DNA from: Asterias rubens
Taxonomy: Eukaryota
DNA: 64,000 nucleotides
Direction of reading: 5' to 3'
NCBI RefSeq assembly: GCF_902459465.1
Contig: NC_047082.1
Location: 1,984,001 to 2,048,000, forward strand
Shown here piece after piece: positions 12,401-26,500 of this stretch. The notes below the pieces were generated by a model. The model did not search any database. It saw only the letters and a program-made list of their open reading frames with translations, and had not been told where the DNA came from. The first letter of the stretch is position 1. Each line of letters starts with the position of its first letter. The translations under genes and the position numbers were made by a program.

Positions 12401-15400
12401 GATTCGCACAACATTCAATCAGACTTGACCTGGAATTAAATGACGGGCACTGACCCACTGGTCACAAAACGCAGTTATACTATTCCCATGTAGAGAAGAC
12501 AGGCATGACACTTTATAAATATGATTAATATAATCTTAGATTCTCCTTGACCCACAGCCCGACCAAGATTACACCTCTACGGGTCCAGCACCGGTATTTT
12601 ATTTAAAAAAATTAATTTTACAAAATACTTTTCGTTTTCGAGGATGAACTCTTCCCGTGCCATGCTGCGCTACCCTACAGGAATAAATTGACCTTCAAAA
12701 ACTCATACTTTTTCTTACATCCTTTGCCAACTTTACCTCTCCCTTGTGCCCCCTCCCCATTAGCCACACTTCATGCCCTGCCTGCCTCACCCCTCACTTT
12801 GTACACCCATCTTCGATCTGTCTTAAGTTTGTCTCAGCTTTTGAGCTTTGGGAGTATGATTCAATTGCACATCAGACATGTAAAGGGGCACCATAGAGTC
12901 CACCATAGAATCCCCTGCCTGAGCTAATGTTTGCCCGCGCAGGATATCATGCTTAATGTACTTTCCTGTTTACCAAATAAAATTTATGAGTCCAAAAGGA
13001 ACCATGCCTGGCTCTAGACTGCTGTAAGATGATGGGAAATGAAATTTCGAAAATCAATCAACTTTAACCAATAATATGTATGTACCAATTGTGTAAATAT
13101 TATAATGTGTCTATATAGTGTCATAATAATCTCCAAGCTGCGACCTGTTTTATGTTTCATTGGCATATCGGATGAACCATGGATGATAGGCCATGTTTTT
13201 TCCCTTCTTGATGTAACCACACTTAAAAAAGAGAGTAGTTCCTGCAGCTATGAACCGCCCAGTTCGGGTATGATATTTTGCCCTGTGAAAAAAAGAGTGG
13301 GACAACTTCCTTGAGTACAAAACGGACCTGCGCAACTGTACATTATGGTATAGTCTTTAGGTCTAATACATTTCAGGCTATTAACAATAGTGTTTTCCTA
13401 TGATGAGTAATTTTTTTTCAGAAATCAGATTTAAGTTTTAGGAAAAATATCACACCAGTCAGTTTGACCAACCATGTTTATATGATGGAAACTTTTCTTT
13501 CAAAGTTTTATTTTGAATAATAATTCATTTCATTTTCCCTCCATACCACAGCTTGCCCACAAGGGTGCAATTCCTGCACAATGTTCAACGGATGCGTCAC
13601 TTGCAAGCCTCGCTACCTTCTCCTCCTTCATAGAAGTGGAATGAAACAAATGGGTTACTGCAGACACACGTGCCCTCCTGGCTACTACGCGAGTACGATG
13701 TCTGATGTTAACAGGTGTTCAAGTAAGTGATTGAAATGTGGATTTAGGTCTGGAGAGGGGTGTGGGGGCAAAAAGAACACCCTAGTTCTTGAACCTATTC
13801 ATTTGAGCACATCTCCCCAATGTTCTACTCTTTATTATCATTATCTTGGTAAACCGGGGTTTTTAATTGAAGTTAATTAACAACAGAAAAAAACATAAAA
13901 GAGAGTGTTAACCTTGACTTAATGATCTTTCAACTGAGTTTAAGTTTTCTTGGAAACTTTAGCTGATGACAGCTCGTTCAAATTGTAATGTATTCAAGAT
14001 TGTGTACTGCGCTGGCACGATGGCGACATACAATGATAAACAATTGATATGAACAGGATGTAGAGGGCGGTATTTAAGTCACCAGCAATTACACAGTCAC
14101 CATTCTAAGTCACTTCGCTTGTCTGGTTTGGGTTTTTAAAATAGTACAGACGATGTGTGGCCACACAAAGCCCATGCCAGATGTCACTAAAGATAGGCAT
14201 GAAAAAGATTACCAACACTCAAATTAATTTGATGGCGACACCAAATGCCGTACTACTATATATAGTTATAACAATAGAAATAGTTATTCTAAGAAAATAG
14301 TGTCCTTTTCGCTTCTCGTCGTGGTGGCACTGTATTTACTTGGAAACATGGTCTAAGAACTGAATAGTATTAAGCAATGACAATCTCCCCTACCCATCAC
14401 CAAACAAAACTAAAACACAACCCACCAAAAACAATAGAAACAAATAGACCCCAAAATACATTTACATGTTCTTTTACCATTCCTCATATTATTCAGAATG
14501 CAGAGTGGAGAACTGCGAGTCTTGTTACAGCCGAACCGTTTGTTCAAACTGTCAGTCACCGTTCTTCGGATACAACGGGAAATGTTACGCACAGTGCCCT
14601 GAGGGCACATGGGCAGACAGAAAGAGTGGGCACTGCGTCGATACAGGTACATACACACTGAGTTAATTTGAACCAGTTCAGTCGGAGATAAGTCATGTCG
14701 TTACCATGGTGACATTTAATTGCTGATTCTCTCAATTTGTATGTTAAAATTTAGCCATAGAATAGCAGAGCCTACTGGAAAGTTGGGACAGATTTAATGG
14801 GCACAAAGCAAGTCTTTATTTTGAACTTGTGCTCCTGTAGACTTTACTCCCAATGGCCTATGAGTATGAGTTTTAGTCAGATCGGGCCAGGGGTCAGACA
14901 GAAAAGGGCTGTGAACCCACAAGAGGGAGGGCAGCAAGACTAGCTCTCTTTTAAAATCTTTCTTACCATAGTCATCATTGATAAGACCGATGTTAAAAGA
15001 GAGCCAAATAAACTTGAGTATTCAGTTTGACTTAAACAGAATGGTTAATGTTGACGCTAATAAATGTCTTGCAACTTTAGGCAGACTTTGAATACTACAT
15101 TTGATAGGTAATCCGAATTATTATAAAAGATTGACGTCTCACTAAATATTATTTCATTAAGAGGTGTGGAAATGAAGTTAACCTACTCTTTTCGCAAAAT
15201 GATGTATTATCGATTTCTTTATCTGACTTATGAACATTAACTGAAAACTCATCATTCTCTTACAGTTAATTGCGTGGTGTCCGAGTGGGATAGCTGGACT
15301 CCTTGTCAGAAAAATGGCGCCCTCTGTGGGTACAAATGGGGAGAAGAATCTCGAATGAGAGGAATCATCACACCGCCCTCACCGGGAGGGGAGAGTTGTC

Positions 15401-16062
15401 CCGAGCTGTTAGAGACCAGACAGTGTCGAATGGTGCAAAGATATTGTCAAGGTAAACAATAGTTTTGAACATTCCTTGGATGACATGATGGAGAGAAACA
15501 TTAAGAAGTTTTCACTGGGGTTGAAGCCAATTAGACATCCGGGTAGTGGTATGTCGTCGGATTCCCCACATAAACCAATTACTGTTAGCAAGAGATTCAT
15601 TTCAACGTTCTTAGCTGACTATCAAAGTTAAAACTTGTTTGTCTGTTTATTGGAAAAGTATGACACTGTATGTAGCAGGTGTTTTGCCTAGTTAAATAAA
15701 CTTACTGCCTGCCTACATACACCATGGTCTGACGTGGACAAGTCTTCCCCCTAGATAAAACTGTACAATGACATGAAGGCCTTGTGAGTATAACTTTAGA
15801 TAAATGACTTTTTTAATGATTTTTTTTTTCAACAGAAGACGACCTTATCACTGAAGCAACGGCAGTAGGTCAATATAAAAACGACAAAGAAAGCTCGAAA
15901 AGAAAGTCGGCACGACGAAAATCACGAAAAAGAAGTCGAACTCGCAAAACGCGAACAAGGACTCGCTCAAAGAGTGGTCGTGAAAGAGATCCATCAAAGT
16001 CAAGAAACAACGAGAAACAATCTCGCGATACACCACGAGATCTTCCAGCGGATATTGCGTGA
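9475..16062 (+). CDS. RSPO: R-spondin (signal peptide, Fu1, Fu2, TSP1, basic tail), 277 aa, 5 coding exons
   Basis: Exons 9475-9574 (MATFLDWEILLMLCFTVMLVVVDS signal peptide), 13552-13722 (CPQGCNSCTMFNGCVTCKPRYLLLLHRSGMKQMGYC..., Fu1), 14497-14646 (CRVENCESCYSRTVCSNC..., Fu2), 15266-15451 (CVVSEWDSWTPC...CGYKWGEESR..., TSP1), 15836-16062 (Lys/Arg-rich tail, TGA). All introns are GT-AG and phase 1. The Cys pattern aligns with vertebrate RSPO2/3. Confidence 0.95.
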
Positions 16063-18371
16063 ATGTTCAGAGGATCCTTGGTGGATTGAACACGAGAGGG
16101 CGCTTTTGTCAAAGATGCAGTGTGAGGAGCTCTTCCATAATCTGTTTTGAAAGCTCTGAATGTGAAAATGAGGCACACGTCTCTATTAGCGTTGAATAAC
16201 CTTCAACTAAATTGACGAGAATGATTGTACGAAAGACTGTGCTTTTAAAAAGAAATGCCATGCTTTTAAACATTCTGTATATTATTTTGTGTCTCATCGA
16301 GCACAATTCGGGAAGCAATGTGTGTTTATGCAAATGCTACTTTATTAAAATTAATAATGAACGAGTAACACAAGAACAGAACCACGCAAGATGCCAATTC
16401 AATAGCTCCGTCATCAACAATTATGCACATTTCTCGTCAAAGTTCCACTATGAGACAATGGAATGATGTTAGGTTTGTGCCATCTTAAAGCCCATTGATT
16501 TAGTTGTTGTTTTGAATAGAATCGCTTATTTGATGAAATAGTATAAAATGTTGTTTTTATTGATGATCAGAGGAGAGGTGAATTCCTATAGTGTACAATT
16601 CCTTTAAAAGTAAAACTTGAGATTAGATTTCACTTTCATCTTGAGTATTTAACCATTATTGGATTTCTAGTTTTGAGATGTCGAACAAGATTTTGTCCGG
16701 TACGTATAAAGAAATCATCAGCAACTAAGAGTGTGTTAATTTATATGGAACATATGCAAATAACCGAGCTTAGAGATTCAACAATTGTATCTTTCGTAAA
16801 TGTTATACGTAATGTATAATCCATTTTTAAAAGAATGCGTACATATGACATCTTACCACTTTACTATGACATCATGATGACGTTTAATTTATTATTTTTG
16901 AATAACTGAGCTCAACTATTTATTACTTTGGGGTTCGTATACCATAAGAATTATTTTGTTAGTATCGGTATAATATGATTTTATTTTTAAAATAAACTTC
17001 TTTTGTGAAATAAACCTTTCCCGAGGTTGAAAAACTTGCTGTATTTGTATTACTTCATTGAGACAGTGACAAGATAATTTCTACACATCTATGAGTTATT
17101 ATTTAAGGAGGTTGATGCAGAGGACGGACACACGTCTACTGGGGGTTTTATCATTCGTCGTTAAATCACGCTTAGTCAACCAGCGTCATCACGTTTTGTT
17201 CGATGTGTGCGATTTATCTAATGAAAATTGATAATTTTATCAATAATTGTAATTGTAATTTTTAGACGGCGGTTATTCGGGTTATATATATATTTTTTAC
17301 ATAATGACATGCTTATTTAGCAAGGGGACAATTTTGGTAGTTGCTAAAGACCAGATCCTCACTTGGTGTACCCAAACGTATGCATACAATAACAAACTTC
17401 GGATTGATGATACCAAAGCCTACACCCGATGGTCCGTAAAAGGGGGGTAACCCTGTTCCAGCCCTAGGGGTAGGAGTAGGTGGCAACGGCCTCTGGAAAA
17501 AAATCACTGTAGTCCACACCTTGAAGTGGCCCTCAGGCCTTGTGTGTCTGGCGACTAGCATTACAAAAACTGTGAACATTTTGGCTCAATTATTGGTGTT
17601 ATCGAAAAAGCAAGAAAATGATGAAAGAAAAACACCCTTGTTGCATTTATGTGCTTTCAGATGCCCAAGGAAAGCTTCATGCCTGAAGTCTTTTTACGAT
17701 TCATTGGGTGAAAAACCACCCCCTCTCTAAAATGAAATTACTTTAAAGGAATGATTTTTTAACAATATTTTATAATATTAAAGGGAGTTAGTACAAACAC
17801 ATCCAGGCCTTTAGGAGATAATCATCTTCCAGATAGAGAGAAGAAAACATTATCTAAACTCCAAACGGACAACCAAAAGTGTAATTCAAAGAGTAAAAGG
17901 TTAATTGCATGCATTCACACTTATCCTTAGAACAATACATTCAATTACTTATTACAAATTTACAGGCATAGATCAGAAACAGGTGCCAACATATACCTAC
18001 CTCCTGTTGTTATTTACTCCACCCCCTGAATTTTGTTCACCAGGCGAAAACCAATTGTCAGAATATCTTTGTTCCCTTTGTAGCGGAACTCAATGGACAT
18101 ATTTCTTAGGGAAATAATGCGTAGCAATCAATTAGTAACAATTTGAGAACCAGTGAGGTTTGTAAGTGGTAGGTTTTCCCCCACAGCTATTTCATGTTTC
18201 AAAATAAAACGGACGTAAAACAACTACGATAACGGAACAAAATCGGATTGTTGCCGAGCTCAAATACAAACCCATCTGCAGAAAAATTAGCTTCCAGCTA
18301 ACTTCCCCGACGAAGTTAGAAATGTGTTATTGCCAGGGCTGAGGTTAATCGGAATGTTCGTAACAGGAAAT

Positions 18372-18418
18372 ACAATGTTGACAGTGGCACAGTCAGACAA
18401 TGTTGACAGTGGCACAGT
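18372..18418. repeat. 22-bp exact duplication with 25-bp period
   Basis: acaatgttgacagtggcacagt at 18372 and 18397. Confidence 0.9.
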
Positions 18419-20156
18419 TTCACAGCCATGTGAAACCATTATTTTTTTAGAAGATCAATTGATGTTCTTTAAATGCAATGCAACAGGAGTTTTACATTGT
18501 ATCCCCTCCTTAATGTGTCTTTGCCCCCGTTTGCCATCCCTCCCCCACCACCTAAAAAGTATTTGGTAACGCCATTGTATTTTGGTCATTAGCAAATATC
18601 AAAATATTTTGAAAACCCTGCAAAGAATATTAATTTGTTCCTCTATAGTTCTTTACGCAATCAACTTTTGTATATCTTTCACCTCCTTCCCATCCCCAAA
18701 TTAAGTTTTTACCCTGGCTTGCCCCCCACCCACCCATTGAAATGTTTGGTTACACCACTGCATTTTGGCCATTAGTGAAGGTTTCCGTTGGAAACAATGT
18801 AACAAAATATGACTTTGTACCTCTACACTTCTTTACGTCATGCAATGGTCGTTTTTCATTTGAACACAGTATATTTCCCAATCCCACCACTCACTCTAAA
18901 GACCTGAAAGCAACGTTAATTTGTCCTAATTCAATTTTGACCCATCAGTGTGCTTCCTTGAATGGCACCCGATTGTTTTGTTATTTCTACGTCTCGACGC
19001 AGACCCATTGTGACGTCCTCGCCACTTCAATACACGTTCAAACATTATGGAATCGATTGAACCACAGCACCATTAAACATTACACCTTTGTCTTCTTCTG
19101 CCCATCTCTGGAAAAATGTGTGAATGGAATATAATTTCTGTTAGCTAAAGTATTCAGGGTATTTTAATGCATTGAATGATTTTACTGTAGTCAATAATGC
19201 TGAAAATTTCAAGTATTGACAATGACTGTTTGCATTTTATGAACATGAATGGTTGTCTGTTGATTGTGAGGCAAAAGAAATAGTGTGAACTCAATTCCAT
19301 TGATTAAATCACAGGAAACTCTATTTTTGAAACAATTTAATGTGGTGAAAACTTATTACATTAGTTCAAAAATTTGAACTGAGGAAATATTTAAATTGAC
19401 TTGAAGATTGATTTTTTGTAATGGGTTTTGAGGTATCTCTAAAATTGAAGGCCTGCTATGAACCAGACGAATCATTAATCAGAGGGACCCAATTTGAAGG
19501 TTAAATGAAGTCCTATAAATAGAAACAATTGGGTTGAATAGAGACGTCTGAGACTTGTTATTGTCATTTTTGGCAATAGCATGACATCATATAGCTTAAG
19601 GATTACAAAGATGACACAGCAGCATTTTTTGATGGATTAAATTTAGTACAAAATGCCATGTTTCTACAGCCAAATCAACCAATCAATGCGTTATATTATC
19701 ATTACAAATCATATGGAGAGTCACTAGATGTTGATATTGGCTTCTCTAGACTAATATTATTTTCTTACTGTAGTTTCCCCCCATGTTTCAATCTTATTTG
19801 CATTACCTTCAAGAGCATTACATACATTTTGGTTTTATGAAAGGGCTCGCTTCGAAATAACTATTTATATGGGACGTTTTTAAACTCATGCCAAATGATA
19901 TCAATAATACTTCTGTAGTGAAAAAACATATTTAGTTGACTTTCTATCAGTATAAATAAGTAAGATATGACTTTAATTGACTCTGGAGCCCACTCGCGTC
20001 TTACCTTTCGCACATGTTCATTAAAAATAGTTGTGTCTTAGTTAGACTCTTAAATTATTGAAGATACACTTTTACAGTAACGATTAGATGAGGTTGATAA
20101 CTCAATACAGTGCATATAAGACAGCCAGTATTCTTGTAGGGCGTGGTTTCTTATTA

Positions 20157-20358
20157 GGGATTTTTCGTTTTCGACGACGGATGGTTCTGCGACGGTTGTT
20201 CAGCTAAACGTTGTCATTTTCAGCACAACGAAGATTCATCCCAAGTACTGTCGTAGAAATTGAGGGACGACCGTCCTCAAAGCCAAAGCATGCGCAGATG
20301 ACGCCAAATGTCATCTTTACCGTCGCAGAACCATCCGTCGTCGAAAACGAAAAGTCCC
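20157..20358. mobile_element. PIF/Harbinger (Tourist-like) MITE, 202 bp, upstream of VGAT
   Basis: 40-bp TIR gggatttttcgttttcgacgacggatggttctgcgacggt / accgtcgcagaaccatccgtcgtcgaaaacgaaaagtccc (1 mismatch), with TTA at 20154-20156 and 20359-20361. Confidence 0.88.
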
Positions 20359-20558
20359 TTAAAAGTTCAGTGCACGACGTCACGTTGAGATTACAGTAGT
20401 ACGGTAGCAGCCGGTCGCTCAAGAAAGACGGAGATTGTGTGTGAGCGTCGCGCAGAGAGTTGTTGGCTGCATTGGCCTAAATACTCTCACTTTGGCTCTA
20501 GAAGTCTTAGAAGAAAGTGGTTTCCGGTGGATTTGAAAAACCCAGCCGATCTTTGAGT

Positions 20559-23500
20559 ATGTCGAGCTACTCTCCGATACCGGGTTTGGGGGCCCCAGTC
20601 GCCAGAATACGGAATTTTGTCGGCGGTCTACTTCCCCGAGGTAGACTAGATGAAGAGCATCTTCATTTCGCTAAGTGTGATTCTACGGAGCTGTCTGTAC
20701 TGGGTCCGGGGGAAGATGAAGCGGTACTTACGAAGCAAGGAGGGGCAGAGAAGGGTAAAGTACCCGCCGTGAATGGGGCCGTGGCACCGGGCTGGAACCA
20801 GCAGGCAGCGTCTGCTGCTGGACAGAGAGGTGGATACGGAGAAGGAAGTAATGTGAACATTGTCAAGAAACAAATATCTACATGGGATGCTGGCTGGAAT
20901 GTAACTAATGCTATACAGGTAAGCTAACTATAATGTACCACTTTGTACCACTGTGTGCCATGATTTTCCTCTTTTAACATTTCCTGGGATCAATGTTATA
21001 TTTTTTGTGTGTGGAAAGTTTACAACACAAAATTTAAGCATTTCAAATGACTTAACAATATATATTTTAAGTTAAATTGCCAGTAAAATTTTTACTTTTA
21101 CAAAGTTAAATTAATGCAGCACCTCAAGTTATGGTTTGTGTTTTATATAGTTTTCATGTTATCTTTACAACATTTTTAAATTACAAATTTCTAATAGTTA
21201 TATCTTTCTGTACTATTGATTGATTGAGCTGTTAGTTCTTTCCAAATCATGTTCATGATAATATAAAACAGGCTTTGAGTTGATTTATTTTATTTAATAA
21301 TACTAAAAAGATGTTGAGATAAACATGTAGGTATATAATTAAAATAACAGGTTTGAATCTTGTTTTAGTCTCCAAGAAATAGTATTAAAGAACATAAGTA
21401 CAATAGCTAAACGAAAGAAAAAAATTATGGTGGATAAATTATTGGTTTTATGAACAGGATTACTGGAAAGCCTTCGTAAAATTTCAAAACATTATAGTCA
21501 AATTTGAGGTTTAAAAGCAATTGCCGCATTGGAGAACACAAACAAAGAACACATTTTTACAATAATCCAGAAACAGTGAAAACAGCACTCTATTTCTAAG
21601 AAAATGTTGAAAATAAATAATAAAAACAAGTTTTGTCAAAATAGCCTTTAAGCCTTCGAGAAAGAATATACAACGACCGAAACGCTAGGCCCTTGTGACT
21701 ATTTTTGCAAAAAAAAATAAAAATATAATAAAACAAACAAGGAGATTACTTGAGAAATAATGTATAAATAAACAAATAATAAATTAATAATACTAAAATT
21801 TCACAAAATGAAGTACAAATTCCATTAGTCGGTGCCACTCAGTAAAATTCATTAAAATTAATGGAAATTTTGAAGAAGTGTATGTCCTCAGAAATTTTCA
21901 TCAAATTGCTCCCCATTCATGCAATATTTCATACTTCGGACGTGCAGTTGCACCTAGCTAACAAATTATGCCTTTCTATATACAGTGTCCAATTTAAAGG
22001 GATAATTTGGATACAACTTTGCAATTTTATGTAGGCCTATAGATGCAATACTCACTAGGTTTAGGGATAACACACCATTGCACCAACCAAGCATCTTACC
22101 GAAGATCGATTGTCACGTTTTAGTTAAATTATTCATTTCTTTGGGTTTTTCTCGAGGGAAGTATAAATTTTATAATCATTGAGCTTCCAGAAGTGATCGA
22201 AATGATTTTTCTTTACATATTAAGCAAGCCTGTCTTTGAGATACAGTTCGGGTGTTATCTAAAGCGATATGTACGTTTAACCCATCGATATTTACAATCG
22301 TTCTTGCAATGACAGATATTTTAATTTTTTTCACGACAAAATTCTGTTTTTACGACTATACACTTTATCTATACCCATCTAACCCAGTCAACGCTTATTC
22401 ACAGTGTCCGAAATACTAATCACTAATTGAATTACATGATACATCGCCTGGTTGGTTTCCACACTTTCCCCCACCGCCTAGAAAGGGCACCAGTCCATGA
22501 AATCGGCGAAATATACCCGTAATTGCATGTCTCAGTTTTCATTTATTTCAACTGACCATGGCAATTTGGCGAGAAGATTTGCCACCTGATCCTGTGTGAT
22601 TGAATTTTATGTTCATGTTGCAAGCAATGTAGGCACACATGCATCCCTTCTACATCAAGAGGTCCTTCAAGTCTTGATGCAATGTCATCTCAAAGAATGC
22701 ATACTCATCGTATCTCATGTTCTGTATTTCTAGAAACAAGTTTGGTTATTATCGATAAAGGTTATAAATGTAAGGGGAAGTAGTATTGATATCTCCCCTC
22801 TATCATCAAGTTTGTTTTCAAATAATATTTTTTACATAGTTTTTTCTGTCTAGAAATAATATGCCAATTCATGTTATTATCTTAACAACTGTACAATCGC
22901 AAAGAACACGCGCAATATTTGGTTCAGCTTTGCTTGTAAACTCTAGTTTTACTAATTTTATTGTAAGGGTTATGTTATGGGGTTATTTACGAGCAACCTA
23001 TGCAAGGAAATCTCCGCGAAGAAAACAAAGAATTCATATTAAAATGCTTACACAGGGATAGAAACATCTTTTTTTTTCATCTTTTATGGTACTTAAGTTG
23101 CCCTGTGTCATGCATTGCAGTTGGTTGCCTCAAAGTTGTCTGTAGAAATTTTCATTTTTGTTTAATCTATAAAAAAACAAAAAACAAAAATGCATTCAGG
23201 AAAACAATGTTAAAACAATGGTAAATTATATTAAAACGAAAGTGAAATATTTATGCAGGTATATTTATCATTCAATTACTGTTTACCATCTTGCCATAAA
23301 ACCCCTCAAAATGCATTTAGGAAAATAATCTCGAAACAATAGAAAATTATATTAAAACGAAAGTGATATATTTATACAGGTATGATTATCATTCAATTAA
23401 TGTTTACCATCTGGTCATAACTAATTTACAACTTAATTTCACAAATTTCTAGTAGCATATGTTGAAACTTTCAAGTAAATGTCAGAACACTTCTGCACCC

Positions 23501-26500
23501 ACACATAATAATGTTCAGAGAGTGTACTTTAAACACCATTTCGACCAATACTGAAATTTAGGTTTTCAAAATGCAAACATAGACAGCAGTATGTCTACAA
23601 ACCACGCGACAGCTTGGCAGACACGCAGTATGTTTTTGATTTCGTTTGGAAACTTGAGTTGATCGAAACAGACTCGTCACCTTAAAATTGAATCTTTTGA
23701 AGACAACTAATAAGAAAGAAAGAAGGCAAAAAGGAGGGACAAAATTGCAAAGAAGGAACCTGAAATACGTGTCGCCATGACTAAATCTGCCTTTCAATGA
23801 CGTCAATAACAATTAAATCAGCGTCTGAATATTACATTAATCAAGGAGACAACCTTGAAGGCATGGCATCTCTTAATGAATAATTCAATAACTAATTTGC
23901 ATAATGTAGTTTTCTTCTGTCGGACGGAGATGTCTTTCACGTGGTCTTTGGTGTCTTCACCTTGTACAACTCTAATAAAACAAATCCATGGAGTGGTTCA
24001 CAGCAGCTCAGCATGAAGCTTTGTAATGATTCTATTATTAGATGCAGTATTCTAAAAATAGTTAAATAATTAGTCTGCACATCATATTTATATTATCTGT
24101 TTTTCTCAATAAGCTATTTTTTTGAGTAGTTGTACTCATGTTGTTATTAACATCGTCGTTTGTTTTTAAGGTATACATCATATAATTGTAAACAACTTCA
24201 CATAAAATAAAAATAAAAATCAGAGGAGAATGTTGAATATTTGCATGACCTTTGCAAACAATTGAACTGACAGACTTTCAGTTCTTGCAAATGATAATTG
24301 TTGTTAATCTGAAATGTTTTAGAGGGTGTATTCTCGGTTACAAGCTTGAAACAAAACCAGGACTACAAAAGAACACTGGTTGGTACTATGGTTTGCATGC
24401 CATCAAATCACTAAACATCCCTGATTCATTCCGACGACAACATGCATGTCTAAGACGCGATCAATTTCCTCGTTCGAATGAAAACACACTCTCTGAATCT
24501 GCTCCCAGACTCGATATGAAAACAACCAATCAGCGTGCCAGGCTGTTGACTCAGGTGGTGACAATGTAGACACAATCTCGATCAGTATGCTCAGATCTGC
24601 ATATTAGCAGCCCACTCGAGTGCAATTCGCTAGCCACTAATTGACCAGGTCTCAAAAAAGGAAAAAAGAAAACATTTCAAATTGAAGATAGAGGACGCAA
24701 GACGTTCGATGACTATACGTCACAAGAAGGTATAACGGTGAGAATTGATTGCTCATGATTGGGATAAGAAGTATCTTTATTTGATTGGGCTCAGACTTGT
24801 AGACGATCGCTCTCGTCAATTAATAATGAAAACTAGATATTTAAGGTTGAAAAAATCTATAAAAAGAAAGCCTGTGGTTCGTCTTCTCCATGTGGTGCAT
24901 TAGATTAGACATTGAAGTTGTGTCGTTTGTCAAAACAGATTCCCATGGTAAAAAGACGAACACAGTTTTCCCTCAATCGATACTGAATACAGATTTGTAG
25001 AGCTTAACGATCTGGTCTCAATTAGTGTAGGCTTGTATGAGGGTAGATCATGAGGCTAACCCTCAAATGGGGGTTGAAGCTTAGACTTGAGTCTTCTCTT
25101 GATCCACAACAGGCCGACACGTCGGCCCTTGCCGAGGCAAAGCCACGATTTCCGCTTCGACTCCGTAAAAAGTATTTTCGAAGTTATGGTTTATTTAAAA
25201 GCCACTTTTTCCCAAATCAAGCGTCTTTGGCTATGACTATAGCCGTTGGCTGCAGTAATAACTTTTACGACTATTCAGAGTAAGCCACAGCCGAAGCCGT
25301 TAACTCTGGCATCTTGCTTTCGCTGTTCTCGATAACGCGTTTGATACACCACTATGAGTATTTACCTAAATGTCACGTCATATTCCAAGGTGTCGACATT
25401 TTGCTTCTCAATACCAAATATATATCTTTCTTTTCACTGCATGTATATGACGACATCACAATCAGTAGTCTGAGCCGCTGATGGTTTACTAAAACAGCGT
25501 TTATATAGCTACAGCAAAACCCTGTTACTCAACAGCAATGTTTTGTCACGTTCAGTTGCTAAAATTGCCATAGGCTTCCCTGCCCTCCCGCAGCTAAATA
25601 ATCAGATATGGTGTGTACAGTGATTATAATAGGCTTAATCCCACACCGATATGAAAATTAATAGTGAAATAGCACAGCTTTGTAGAAATAGACATAGACG
25701 TAAAAAAAACATATTTTGTTGGTCATGTTTCCTTGGTAATTCGCTGAGCGTTCAAAAGATTTATATTAAGCTTGGACACTAGTCTTCTGATCAAGCACAC
25801 AAAAATCTACCGTAGCTTAGCAGACAATCAGCTATTCCAAGCAATGCCTTTTAGTATAAATACACTAAGCACAAATATATCGGGCTTGGCAAAATGTTTT
25901 AACATTAAATTAAACATGCCACCATTGGGTTTAACATTGACACCATGGGTGTTTTCACGTAGATACCGAAGAGAAAATCCAAATTTTAATTTTACTAACA
26001 TTAATGTAACCGCTTTTGGAATAGTGTTAGTTCAACACCCCGATGGTGTTAAATCTTATTTTAGTTGTATCTATCTGTAACAACAAAATGTGTTAATTTT
26101 AACACCTCAGTTTTTGCAGTGTAAACCTCTAGTCATTACTTCCAAGGAAATGTAAAATTGATTCACCCTCTAGCTTTCTTTCATAATTCAAAACCTAAAA
26201 ACAATATATGATATTAAACACCTAAGAAAAATGTCGTCCCACAGAAAACAATTGTTGCTCCTAATCAATTTAACTTGCTTATATTAAACCATCTACATCA
26301 ACATCCCAATCGTGTTTGGTACGAGGATATGTAGTTATTAATGAAATAAAGATGTAAAGTGTCAGAACAATATTGAAGCATCACATTCTCCAAAAGAATC
26401 CGCTTTGAAAAGTGATTCAATTACTCAATTCATCACAGCCTTTTTCCTTTTTTTTTATAGAAGAAGACGTGACAACTTTGATTTCATATACACACAACGC

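Noticed and set aside
20217-20240. RE1/NRSE-like TTCAGCACAACGAAGA upstream of VGAT
   Set aside because: Only the left half matches, it lies inside a MITE, and canonical REST is not established outside chordates.
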